A stretch of 64,000 nucleotides of DNA from an archaeon (GTDB taxonomy: Archaea; Micrarchaeota; Micrarchaeia; Anstonellales; Anstonellaceae), in assembly GCA_020056635.1 (NCBI GenBank), contig JAGVHI010000003.1:28638-92637 (forward strand), in the 5' to 3' direction. The notes beneath the pieces were generated by a model. It searched no databases. It had not been told where the DNA came from and saw nothing but the letters and a program-made list of their open reading frames with translations. Positions 7,959 through 17,293 of the stretch are shown piece after piece. Position 1 is the stretch's first letter, and each line of letters begins with the position of its first letter. The translations under genes were made by a program, and so were the position numbers.

Positions 7959-9230
7959 CTAGATTGGGTTTCCAAGAAGGCAGGAATGCGATGCGCCTGT
8001 TATTTTCACCTTTGCCCAGTCGCCCATCTTAGCGTTTGCACCTGGCGGGAGCGCCACCTGCCGATAATCATTGTTCCTGCCTGTGAGCGTTTTCTGCTGC
8101 TCGGTGACAAGCACGGTGTATGTTTTGCCTATGAGGCGCGAGTTGTTTTCGCGGGAGATTTGGTGGCACAATTCGGCAGTGAGCTCGCTTCTCCTTTTCA
8201 CTACCTCGGATGGCAGCTGCTTCATCTTTTTTGCAGCGGTACCTGGGCGGGGGGTGAATTTGGAAATGTTCACAACATCGAAGCGGAATTCCTTAATGGC
8301 GGAGAGCGTTTGCTCAAAATCTTCGTCTGTTTCACCCGGGAAGCCGACAATTATGTCTGTGGCTAATACTCCGCTTAGGAACCTTTTTCGGAATTCGTTT
8401 GCAACCGTGCGGAATTGCTGCACAGCATAGCCACGTTTCATTGCGCGCAATACGGAATCGCTCCCTGACTGGATCGGCAGGTGGATGAATTTGTAGAGTT
8501 TGCGCGATTTGAAGCAGTCAAAAAATTCATTTTGAATTGGGATTACGTGCTGGGGGTTGATCATGCCCAATCTAACGCGGAAATCGCCAGGGAGATCGCA
8601 GACCTCATTGAGTAGGGTTACAATATCTGTTCCGATGTCACGGCCGTATGCGCCAGTGTCCTGCCCTGTTAGCTGTATCTCTTTTGCACCATGCTCGATT
8701 GCTATTTCAGCCTCGCGAACCACGCCCTTGAGAGTGTAGCTGCTAAGTTTCCCGCGAGCAAGCTTGGTTACGCAGAAAGTGCAGGCTGAAAGGCAGCCGT
8801 CCGCGATCGGGATGCGCGCGATTGGGCCTGTTGGATGGTCGCGAGGCAAGTTCTCCTTTGAGAGCGGGCTGCGGAATACGCCCCGCCCCCCGGCAGATGC
8901 GTTTGAGAAAGCGGCAGGCAGGTAAGCTATGGAGGATGTCCCCAGGATGGTTGCGTTGGGCGCGCTTTTCCAAACCGCCCTATGGTTTATCGCAAGGCAG
9001 CCTGCGAGAATGAGCCTCTTGCGCTTTTGGTGCAGGACCGAGAGCTTTTGCAGTATCTTCTGCTCGGTTGCGCTTTTCACCTGGCACGAGTTGAGTATCA
9101 CCACATCTGCAGCATCCTCGCTTTTCACTTCCAAATGCCCCTCGCTGTTCAGGATGCCCCGCATGATGTCAGAATCGGCAGCATTGAGTGTGCAGCCATA
9201 TGTGCGCAGGTAATATTTCAGGGGAATCAC
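7959..9230 (-). CDS. tRNA t6A37 methylthiotransferase (archaeal MtaB/CDKAL1-type radical SAM, TRAM domain); start approximate
   Basis: TYGCTLN, CLSACTFC, HLPIQSGS, DIIVGFPGET, C-terminal TRAM. Confidence 0.9.
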   Translation of the reverse strand: MIPLKYYLRTYGCTLNAADSDIMRGILNSEGHLEVKSEDAADVVILNSCQVKSATEQKILQKLSVLHQKRKRLILAGCLAINHRAVWKSAPNATILGTSSIAYLPAAFSNASAGGRGVFRSPLSKENLPRDHPTGPIARIPIADGCLSACTFCVTKLARGKLSSYTLKGVVREAEIAIEHGAKEIQLTGQDTGAYGRDIGTDIVTLLNEVCDLPGDFRVRLGMINPQHVIPIQNEFFDCFKSRKLYKFIHLPIQSGSDSVLRAMKRGYAVQQFRTVANEFRKRFLSGVLATDIIVGFPGETDEDFEQTLSAIKEFRFDVVNISKFTPRPGTAAKKMKQLPSEVVKRRSELTAELCHQISRENNSRLIGKTYTVLVTEQQKTLTGRNNDYRQVALPPGANAKMGDWAKVKITGASHSCLLGNPI

Positions 9231-9235
9231 CGGGA

Positions 9236-10522
9236 TTATGTGCCTTCCTTCCACTCTTCGGCATATTTGACCTGCTCGGGTGTTGGCGGTTGCAGGTAGA
9301 CCCCTTGCGAATTAAGCAGCATGCGCGCAACCGAATCGTCCAATTCCTTCGGGACATTGTGAACTCCCGCAGGTAGTTTCTTCTTCTGCTTTGCAAGCTC
9401 GCAAACGCAGAGTGCCTGCACAGCAAATGAGCCGTCCATTATTTCAATCGGGTGGCCCTGCCCGCTTGGGCGGGAGAGATTCACAAGCCTGCCTTCCGAG
9501 AGAAGGTAAAGTTTCTTCCCATCCTTGAGTTCGTATTGCATCAAATTGTCCTTGAGCTCGCGCACGGATTTGCTTGCCGAGCGCAACTGCAGTTCGTTTA
9601 TCTCGTTGTTGAAGTGCCCGGCATTGCAGAGGATTGCGCCATCTTTCATTTTCGAGAAATGGGATTGCACAAGAATGTCCTTGTTGCCAGTAGCGGTGAT
9701 GAAGATGTCGCCTTCCTTCACCGCATGTTCCATATCCATCACGCGGAACCCATCGTAAAGCGCCTGCAGCCCGCGCTGGAGCCCGCTCTCGTGAGGCCCG
9801 AGCGTGCCGTCTATTTCAACCACTATGACATTTGCGCCAAGCCCTTTTAGCCGGGAGGCGATCCCCCTGCCGCACCAGCCGTAGCCTGCGATTACGGCAG
9901 TTTTGCCTGCAATCAGTTTATTTGTGCAGCGGGCTATCGCATCAACCGTGCTTTGCGCTGTCCCGAATTGGTTGTCAAGCAGGAATTTTGAGTGTGCATT
10001 GTTCACCGCGAAAACCGGGAACTTGAGCGCGCCTTCCCTGTGCATAGCCCAGAGCCGGACTATTCCGGTCGTGGTCTCCTCGCAGCCCCCGATTATACTT
10101 GGGAGCAAATCCTTGCGCTTTGTGTGCAAAAGATTGATCAGGTCGCAGCCGTCGTCGATTACTATTTGGGGCTTGGAATCAAGCACTGAATTGAGGCACC
10201 AGTAGTATTCCTCATTGGTTTGCCCTGCCCATGCGAACACATCGATTATGCCGTTTTTTGCAAGCACTGCTGCGACGCGGTCGTCTGTTGTGAGCGGATT
10301 GCAGGAAGCGGCCGATACTTTTGCGCCTGCCGCAGCAAGCGTTTCAAGCAGGATTCCTGTTTTCTTCTCCAGGTGGAGCGCAACTCCGATGCGCAATCCT
10401 GAAAGGGGCCTTGATTTCTCAAAATCCTTCCGTATTTTAGCAAGAACCGGCATATTGAGCCGCGCCCATTCAAGTTCCTTTTGCCCCTCAGCTGCAAGCG
10501 AGATATCCTTTACCTTGCCCAT
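9236..10522 (-). CDS. ahcY: Adenosylhomocysteinase
   Basis: SCNPLTT, GGCEETTTG, GYGWCGRG, NAGHFN, EGRLVNL, GHPIEIMD. Confidence 0.95.
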   Translation of the reverse strand: MGKVKDISLAAEGQKELEWARLNMPVLAKIRKDFEKSRPLSGLRIGVALHLEKKTGILLETLAAAGAKVSAASCNPLTTDDRVAAVLAKNGIIDVFAWAGQTNEEYYWCLNSVLDSKPQIVIDDGCDLINLLHTKRKDLLPSIIGGCEETTTGIVRLWAMHREGALKFPVFAVNNAHSKFLLDNQFGTAQSTVDAIARCTNKLIAGKTAVIAGYGWCGRGIASRLKGLGANVIVVEIDGTLGPHESGLQRGLQALYDGFRVMDMEHAVKEGDIFITATGNKDILVQSHFSKMKDGAILCNAGHFNNEINELQLRSASKSVRELKDNLMQYELKDGKKLYLLSEGRLVNLSRPSGQGHPIEIMDGSFAVQALCVCELAKQKKKLPAGVHNVPKELDDSVARMLLNSQGVYLQPPTPEQVKYAEEWKEGT

Positions 10523-10642
10523 GGAATTCCCTCCCAAAATAGATTACGCAAGGGGGATTTTTTAAGCATGTCAGGGGCTGAGGCAAATTCAATTAAAAAG
10601 AGTTAGGTGGTAATACTTCAAAGAACGTTTTATGGTGATTTG

Positions 10643-11293
10643 ATGAAACCCGTGACTAGAGTTATTGTGACTGCGGCGCTTATACTTGCAGTTGGTGCGC
10701 CAATTGGCATGTATGCCTGGCACAGAGCCAAGGACAACCAAGAGACCCGTGCGCTTGCAAAAAGCTGGGGAAATGATTTAACCGTCTCACCCATACCTGA
10801 CAAGGAGAGGGTAAAGCTCGCAAAAGTTATGAGAAAATACAAAATACGCGATACTGAATTGACGGTTGCGCAGACAGCCGATTTTATCTACCGCGTGACA
10901 CTTGAGGTGAACAGCAGGAGATTCCCGAAGGCGGATGGAAGCCCTATAGTATTCGATTATGACGTCACGCTCTGGGCGCTGGCAAATCACCTCCATCTGG
11001 ATAGGCGTGACCCTTGGACTGCTAGCCCGGATGTTGGTCAGAATGTGCTTGATATACTGACTGAGAAGTTTTACCTGCAGAACATCCCAAGGATAGATAG
11101 ATTGATTGAAACCGACCACGTGCGGGCAAGGAATCCATACATAGAGATTAACCTCGAGGACGCTAGGGTTAGGGGTCTTGAAGTAACAAAAGCAGTGATG
11201 GGTGCTGCGTGTAGTACGCTTATCACTAATCCTCAACTCACGGAGCAGATTCTAGTGATAGGGGATGCAATCCGCGCAAAACAGATAGGCTAG
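10643..11293 (+). CDS. Hypothetical protein with N-terminal membrane anchor
   Basis: ORF with GGTGA RBS and an N-terminal hydrophobic helix; no family recognised. Confidence 0.6.
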   Translation: MKPVTRVIVTAALILAVGAPIGMYAWHRAKDNQETRALAKSWGNDLTVSPIPDKERVKLAKVMRKYKIRDTELTVAQTADFIYRVTLEVNSRRFPKADGSPIVFDYDVTLWALANHLHLDRRDPWTASPDVGQNVLDILTEKFYLQNIPRIDRLIETDHVRARNPYIEINLEDARVRGLEVTKAVMGAACSTLITNPQLTEQILVIGDAIRAKQIG

Positions 11294-11330
11294 AGATACG
11301 GTTTTATTTATCATAGGGCTAGCTTATCGT

Positions 11331-12296
11331 ATGGACGTTTTTGCAATCGGCACCCCAGTAGTGGACTATTTTGCAAGGGCGGATGAGAAGTACCTTGCAA
11401 AGCAAAAGCTCACGAGTGGGGCGACTAATTTTGTTTCAAGGAAGAAGCTGGATGCAATGCAAAAGGCGCTTGGGAAAAGCATATTCCATGTTGGGGCTGG
11501 GGATAATGCGCGCAATGTGTGCGAGGGGGTCTGCCGGCTTGGGGGAAGCGCTGTTTATGCCGGCATGATCGGCAAGGATGAGGAGGGAAAAGAGTTTGCG
11601 CACAGCCTGAAATCGAACTTCGTGCAGAACAGGCTTGCGCTTGGGGAGGGCAGGACCGGAAAAATTGTCTGCCTGATTACGGATGACGGGCAGAGGACTT
11701 TTGCAGCGGATTTGGGGAACGGGCTGAACTTTGCGGAATTCGGGGATGAGGAAGCAGTTGCGGACTCGGGTTTCTTTTACTTGACATCGATTACGCTTTC
11801 TGGAAAAACCAAGGTTGCGAAACTGGCAAGCGGATTGATGGGAATCGCAAAAAGGGAAGGGTGCAAAATCGCGCTCTCGCTTGAGAGCCCGCCCCTTGTG
11901 AAAAGGAACAGGAAAATGCTTCTTGGGGCTGCAAAAAAATGCGATTTGCTTTTCTTGAATGAAGAGGAGCTTGAGGCATTCTGCGGCGAGAGCGATGAGA
12001 GCAGGCAGTACCTGTTCCTGCAGAAGAACCTCCCGTATGCGGCTGTGTTTGTGAAGCGCGGGGAGAATGGCTCTGCTGTGTTGTGCGGGGGGGAGCTACT
12101 CACAATCCCGGCATACCATGCAAGCGTGCTGGATACTACCGGGGCGGGGGATTCGTATGCAGCAGGCGTGATTTACGGGCTTTCGCAGGGGCATAATTGC
12201 GAGAGGGCAGGGAAGCTTGGCGCCCATTTGGCATCGTTGGTGATTGGGAAATACGGGGCCGGGATGCCAAAGGAGATTTCTAGGCTTGTGGTCTGA
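11331..12296 (+). CDS. PfkB-family kinase, probably adenosine/nucleoside kinase
   Basis: G.P.VD N-terminus, DGQRTF, FLNEEE, DTTGAGDSYAAG. Confidence 0.88.
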   Translation: MDVFAIGTPVVDYFARADEKYLAKQKLTSGATNFVSRKKLDAMQKALGKSIFHVGAGDNARNVCEGVCRLGGSAVYAGMIGKDEEGKEFAHSLKSNFVQNRLALGEGRTGKIVCLITDDGQRTFAADLGNGLNFAEFGDEEAVADSGFFYLTSITLSGKTKVAKLASGLMGIAKREGCKIALSLESPPLVKRNRKMLLGAAKKCDLLFLNEEELEAFCGESDESRQYLFLQKNLPYAAVFVKRGENGSAVLCGGELLTIPAYHASVLDTTGAGDSYAAGVIYGLSQGHNCERAGKLGAHLASLVIGKYGAGMPKEISRLVV

Positions 12297-12797
12297 TTAT
12301 TCTTGGAAATAGGCTGTCGGACCGATGAACCGCACTACGGAGCCATTTTTCATGCTGATGTCCAAAATCAGGGTATTGAAGAATGTCTCGGTGTTGTATA
12401 TCGTCTGCCTGTCGGATTCAAGCATATGGATTTCAGCATCCCTGATTTCCGAGAGGTTCAAATCGGCGAGCGCGTTCTTTGCGTCCGTGGTGTCCCGATT
12501 GGCTATTTGAACTTGGATAAGCGCGGCGGCTGCTTTTTTGCCAACTGTTGGGCTGAGAGCAACTTGAACTCCCATTTGCTTGAGCTCCCTGACTATGATC
12601 GGGAGTGAGCTGGCGCGCGTGAGCCGGACCGGTATGGGCTTGCCCTTTATGATTGACTCTGCTAGTGCCTGCTCCCTCCTGAAAATATCGCGCCGCGGCT
12701 CTGACCAGCTCATGCACCCGAGGTTGAGCAGTGAGAATGTTGCAAGGGCAAGCGCAGCCGCGCCCACAGCAAATGGCCTAGCCTTCAACAAAACCAT
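12297..12797 (-). CDS. Hypothetical secreted or lipoprotein-like protein
   Basis: N-terminal hydrophobic stretch ending LGC. Confidence 0.55.
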   Translation of the reverse strand: MVLLKARPFAVGAAALALATFSLLNLGCMSWSEPRRDIFRREQALAESIIKGKPIPVRLTRASSLPIIVRELKQMGVQVALSPTVGKKAAAALIQVQIANRDTTDAKNALADLNLSEIRDAEIHMLESDRQTIYNTETFFNTLILDISMKNGSVVRFIGPTAYFQE

Positions 12798-12829
12798 GGA
12801 AAGATATGGGTAAAAGAGGTTTTTAATGT

Positions 12830-14098
12830 TTATGAGTAAGCAATCCGCTGCGCGGCCTTTTTTGCCTCTTCGAGAACCTTTTCCTCGTCAAATGCGAGCA
12901 CCTTGCGGTTGCGCATCACTATTTTGCCGTCAATAATGGAATCGGTCACGTTGCCTGCGTGCGCTGAATAGACTATGTTTGAGATGAGGGAATGGGCGGG
13001 TAGCATATTTGGCGCGTTCAAGTCGAGCAGGATTAGGTCCGCGAGCTTTCCCTCCTTTATTTCCCCAGCATCGATGCCCAATGCTTTTGCGCCGTTCCTG
13101 GTCGCAAAATCGAACGACTGCTGCGCGTTTATTGACTGCTCGTCCCAGCGCATGTTCTTCTGCAAAAGCGATGCGGTTTTCATCACTTCGAACATAGAGA
13201 GGGAGTTGTTGCTTGCTGCCCCGTCGGTTCCGAGAGCGACATTCACTCCTGATTCAAGCATTTCGGGAATCGGAGCCACCCCGCCTGAAGCAAGCTTCAT
13301 GTTTGAGACCGGGTTGTGCGAAACAGAGGCGCCGTGGTGCGCAAGCACCTTTATTTCCTGTTTTGTGAGCCAGACGCAGTGGGCGAGTATAACGTTGGGG
13401 GAGAGAAAACCTAGCGAGGCTAAGTAATCCACCGGGCGCATTTTGGTTTTTTGCAGCAGTTCAAAAACTTCCCTGCGTGTTTCTGAAAGGTGGATGTGGA
13501 GCTTTGCATTGTAGTTTTTCGCCTGCTCAAGCGAAGCGATCAGCAGCTCCTTTGAGCAGGTGTTGGGGGCGTGCGGCTGCACTGAGACAAAAACGCGGCC
13601 TTGCTTGGCTTTTGAATGCTTCTTTAGGAATGATTCTGAGAGTGCAAGCTCAGATTTGCGCTTGGCCGAATCGCCCAAATCGAGCACCGAGTAGCCCACC
13701 ATTGCGCGCATCCCTGAATCGGTTGCAGCCTTGTGCACTGAATCAGGGTGGAAGTACATGTCCGAAAAGCAGGTGGTGCCGGAGCGGATCATTTCGGCAG
13801 CTGCAAGCATTGTTCCCCAGTAAACGTCTGTTTCGGACATTTTTTTCTCTGCAGGCCAGATTTTGGTCTCAAGCCAGCGTTTCAGGGACATGTCATCTGC
13901 GAATCCCCGCAGCAGCGACATTGCGGAGTGCGCATGCGTGTTTATGAAACCGGGGAGCAGGAGCTTCCCCTTCGCGTCTATTTTCTCATCAGCCGGTTCA
14001 GCAAGCGAGGGGGCGATTTTGGAAATTTTATTGCCTTCGAGCAGAATGTCCGACTGCTTTCCTTCCGGAAGCGTTGCGCCTTTTATCAGGATTGACAT
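12830..14098 (-). CDS. mtaD: Amidohydrolase, 5'-methylthioadenosine/S-adenosylhomocysteine (5'-deoxyadenosine) deaminase family
   Basis: PGFINTHAH, HIHLSET, HNPVSNMKLASG, LGTDGAASNN; probable start MSILIKG. Confidence 0.88.
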   Translation of the reverse strand: MSILIKGATLPEGKQSDILLEGNKISKIAPSLAEPADEKIDAKGKLLLPGFINTHAHSAMSLLRGFADDMSLKRWLETKIWPAEKKMSETDVYWGTMLAAAEMIRSGTTCFSDMYFHPDSVHKAATDSGMRAMVGYSVLDLGDSAKRKSELALSESFLKKHSKAKQGRVFVSVQPHAPNTCSKELLIASLEQAKNYNAKLHIHLSETRREVFELLQKTKMRPVDYLASLGFLSPNVILAHCVWLTKQEIKVLAHHGASVSHNPVSNMKLASGGVAPIPEMLESGVNVALGTDGAASNNSLSMFEVMKTASLLQKNMRWDEQSINAQQSFDFATRNGAKALGIDAGEIKEGKLADLILLDLNAPNMLPAHSLISNIVYSAHAGNVTDSIIDGKIVMRNRKVLAFDEEKVLEEAKKAAQRIAYS

Positions 14099-14265
14099 AT
14101 GATTGGTTTTGTTACGCAGATTTTTAAAGAGCGCAAGCGCCAATAATGCAGATACCCCCAGCAGGGGGACGGAGGAGAGTAGGATGGAAAAAGGAAAGAA
14201 AAACGGGTTGGGCGTGGCAGGCAGCGTTAGTGTGAAGTCCGGCATTCCGGCAAGCTCCTTCTCCT

Positions 14266-14535
14266 GTGGCTATCATCGGCAGCCCTTCATTTGGCGCGAG
14301 TAAATTCCGCACCAGCATAGAAAAAAATCCCCTAGCGCAAGCGATTTCCCCTATCGGGGCAGGCGCAAAGGAGGCGCAAGCGCTCCAGAAAAGGGGGAGG
14401 CCAAGCGCTCTTAGCGGCGAAAAGTTAGAGCTTGCGCGCGAGCTGTACTTCTCCGAGCCATTGTCGTTTAGGGAGATTGCGGATGCAGTAGGGGTTTCGC
14501 ACATGAGCGTGTACCGGGCGCTCACCGGGAGATAG
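14266..14535 (+). CDS. Small HTH DNA-binding protein (Hin/resolvase-type HTH); start uncertain
   Basis: KRGRPSALS...SFREIADAVGVSHMSVYRAL. Confidence 0.7.
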   Translation: MAIIGSPSFGASKFRTSIEKNPLAQAISPIGAGAKEAQALQKRGRPSALSGEKLELARELYFSEPLSFREIADAVGVSHMSVYRALTGR

Positions 14536-14565
14536 ATATATAACTGGGGCGAGTAAGCATTCCCG

Positions 14566-14925
14566 ATGATGCTCTCAAGGGAGCAGATGATACGGGCCTG
14601 CCTTCTTGTTTCAGTAGCCGGATTGCTCCTTCTTTTTTTCCTTTCAGCCCAGCAGAATTACATTGGCGTGGATGGGGCTGTGAAATTGCCTGCTGGCTCA
14701 ACCGTGGTCAGTTCGGGAATTGTAAAAAGCACGTCTGCAAGCGGCTCTCGCCCATACGTGGAGATTTGCCAGAATGCATGCGTGAAAGCGTTTGCGCAAG
14801 GGGATGGCGCAAGGGCTTCTGTGGCGCTTGTTTCGGCAGGGGATATTGTGAAGGTGGAGGGCAGGACCAGTATGTATGCTGGAACAATCCAGATAAACGC
14901 AAAAAAAATTGAGAAGGTAGGGTAG
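14566..14925 (+). CDS. Membrane-anchored OB-fold protein
   Basis: N-terminal TM helix; GDIVKVEGR...YAGTIQINAKKI OB-fold pattern. Confidence 0.7.
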   Translation: MMLSREQMIRACLLVSVAGLLLLFFLSAQQNYIGVDGAVKLPAGSTVVSSGIVKSTSASGSRPYVEICQNACVKAFAQGDGARASVALVSAGDIVKVEGRTSMYAGTIQINAKKIEKVG

Positions 14926-14973
14926 ATGCCAAAGCAGGGTTTGTTGCGAGAACTGCACTCGGGCGGGTGAATT

Positions 14974-16164
14974 ATGCAGCTTTTGCAAGTGCTGCTCGGA
15001 GCGTTTGTTGGGCTGCTATTAGGGGCATTTGCGGGGCTAGTGCCGGGAGTGCACTCAAATACCTTAAGCTCCATTCTGGCTCAAATGATGCCAGGCGCGG
15101 AGTGGGTGCCGTTTGCAATCATTGCGGCATTGGCTGCGCATACAGTGTTCGAGTTCGTGCCTGCCATTTTCCTTTTTGTGCCGGAGGAGGGGACTGTGGT
15201 GGCAACCCTTCCTGGGCAGCGGATGATGCTTGCTGGAAAGGGAATTGAGGCATTGCAGATAACTGCAATATCTTGCCTTGGGGCTGCAGGAATCGCGTTT
15301 GTTTTGCTCCCGTTTGCAGGCGCATTCTTCCCGCTTGCATACGGGTCGGTCAAGGGGCTCATGCTGCCCGTGCTTGTGGCGGCATGCGCGTTTCTGCTCT
15401 GGAGCGAGCGCGAAGGGAGGAAGATTGCAATTGCAACAGGGGTGTTTCTGCTCTCCGGAATGCTAGGGTTTGCGACGCTGCGGCTTGGGATTTCAGACCC
15501 GCTGTTTGCCACTTTTTCCGGGCTTTTTGCGGTATCCGGGCTGCTTATGGCGGGAGAGGGGAGGGAGGAGCGGACAAGGCAGAAGGAGTGCGGGAGGCTG
15601 AAGCTGGATTTTGCAAAATATGTGTTCATTGGGGCCATACTGGGATTGCTTGCGGATTTGCTGCCAGGCATAGCATCACCTGCGCAGATTGCGGTGTTTG
15701 CAACCGCGCTTGTACCAGTGCTCGGGAGCAGGGAGTTCCTTGCGCTTGTTTCCTCGATTGCATCATCGCACTCGGTGTTTGCGCTTTCTGCAGCTGCTAG
15801 CATCGGCAAAGCGAGGGTCGGGGCGGTTGCGATTGCGGAGCAGTATGCGAAAATAGATTCCGGGCTTGTTTGGGTTTATGGGGCATTGTTTGTCCTGGTG
15901 GTTGGCGTTTGCGCCGCGGTTGTGATTAGGTTTTCAGGAAAAATAGCGAACGTGGTATCAGGAAGCGGGATTGGGAGGCTGAATTATCCAATCATTGCCT
16001 ATTTGGCAGTCGCAGTGCTGCTGATTTGCGGCCCGAGCGGGCTGGCTGTTATGGGAACCGGGGCTGCGATAGGCTGCCTGCCCGTATTGCTTGGGGTGAG
16101 AAGAACGCATGTGATGGGCGCCATATTGGTGCCGAGCATGGTGCTTATTGTGGGTTTTGGCTAA
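14974..16164 (+). CDS. TctA-like (DUF112) tripartite tricarboxylate transporter permease
   Basis: GLVPGVHSNT, HTVFEFVPAIFL.VP, LPGQRM..G.G, VRRTHVMG; multi-TM. Confidence 0.85.
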   Translation: MQLLQVLLGAFVGLLLGAFAGLVPGVHSNTLSSILAQMMPGAEWVPFAIIAALAAHTVFEFVPAIFLFVPEEGTVVATLPGQRMMLAGKGIEALQITAISCLGAAGIAFVLLPFAGAFFPLAYGSVKGLMLPVLVAACAFLLWSEREGRKIAIATGVFLLSGMLGFATLRLGISDPLFATFSGLFAVSGLLMAGEGREERTRQKECGRLKLDFAKYVFIGAILGLLADLLPGIASPAQIAVFATALVPVLGSREFLALVSSIASSHSVFALSAAASIGKARVGAVAIAEQYAKIDSGLVWVYGALFVLVVGVCAAVVIRFSGKIANVVSGSGIGRLNYPIIAYLAVAVLLICGPSGLAVMGTGAAIGCLPVLLGVRRTHVMGAILVPSMVLIVGFG

Positions 16165-16207
16165 TCTGAGGCAAACGTTATAATTATTGTCAGCGAATAG
16201 GGAAAAT

Positions 16208-16792
16208 ATGAAGACGCAATGGGTTGCAGTGCTGCTTCTTGTAGTGGTAGTGGCGCTGGTGCTGACATTTGCCCCTTCCGCGAAAAAGGTGAGCGAGGAG
16301 GATGCAAAAAAGTTCGTGCTTGAGGACTTGAGGGAAAAGTACCCGCAAGCTGACGAGGCAAGCATCCTGTCAAGCGTGCTCCAGACCGGCAATGATTCGC
16401 AGCAGTATTATTACCTGAAAGCAAAGGTGGTGAAGAACGCGAAGACCCCGTGCCCGGAGAGGATACACCTGTATTACAATTTCCCGCTCCAGAATTTCGT
16501 CACGCAGCCCCCGGAATACATAACAAGGGGGTGCAAGGTGTGCATAAACGAGCCAGAGTGCCTGCTTGCGTTCGAGGAGGATGCGGTTATTGCCTCGCAC
16601 ACGTATGCGGGTGCAGAGCAGGTTGCGGATTACCTGAAAGCCTACCCGGATGCTCAGCCAGGCGTGAGCTCGCTTGAGGGGAAATGGGAGGTTGGATGGG
16701 ATTCACAGAATGCGGCATACTACTACAAAGTGCTTCTTTCCAAGTCCGGGAACAGCGTTGAGTCGGTTGAGAGAGTGGAGAAGGAGGGTTAA
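16208..16792 (+). CDS. Hypothetical exported protein
   Basis: Signal or anchor helix, several Cys. Confidence 0.65.
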   Translation: MKTQWVAVLLLVVVVALVLTFAPSAKKVSEEDAKKFVLEDLREKYPQADEASILSSVLQTGNDSQQYYYLKAKVVKNAKTPCPERIHLYYNFPLQNFVTQPPEYITRGCKVCINEPECLLAFEEDAVIASHTYAGAEQVADYLKAYPDAQPGVSSLEGKWEVGWDSQNAAYYYKVLLSKSGNSVESVERVEKEG

Positions 16793-17241
16793 CTCTTTTT
16801 GAGCTTCTTTAGCGCACGCTCGAACGAGCCTATGTCGGCAAACGAGCGGTAAACAGATGCGAAGCGAACGTATGCCACCTTATCCAGGGTGCGCAGGTGC
16901 TTCATCACGATCTCGCCAATCTTCTTGCTTGGGATTTCAATTGAATCGCCGTGCCGGATTTCCATCTCGACCTTGTCCACGATGGACTGTATCTGCTCGC
17001 GGGTTATGGGGCGCTTCTCGCATGCCTTTAGCACCCCGTTCTCGATTTTGTGCCGCTCGAAGCGCTGGCGCGTGCCGTCCTTTTTTACCACCCAAAGCTC
17101 GGCAAGCTCCGCCCGCTCGTAAGTGGTGAAGCGCTTTTTGCATTTTAGGCATTCGCGCCTGCGCCGCACTGCAGAAAAGTCCTCAGCATCGCGCGAATCC
17201 ACGACCTTGTCCTCAAGCGATGAGCAGTACGGGCACTTCAT
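16789..17241 (-). CDS. nrdR: Transcriptional repressor NrdR
   Basis: MKCPYC..VVDSR..VRRRRECLKCKKRFTTYE, ATP-cone VVKKDG, VAYVRFASVYRSF. Confidence 0.95.
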   Translation of the reverse strand: MKCPYCSSLEDKVVDSRDAEDFSAVRRRRECLKCKKRFTTYERAELAELWVVKKDGTRQRFERHKIENGVLKACEKRPITREQIQSIVDKVEMEIRHGDSIEIPSKKIGEIVMKHLRTLDKVAYVRFASVYRSFADIGSFERALKKLKKS

Positions 17242-17293
17242 GGAATCCACTTTAGGCAAAACCATATTAAAAGGCTAGGGGAAAGCCAGAACC

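Noticed and set aside
14099-14245. Hydrophobic N-terminal extension of the deaminase ORF
   Set aside because: It is the reverse of a purine-rich intergenic stretch; the family starts at MSILIKG.
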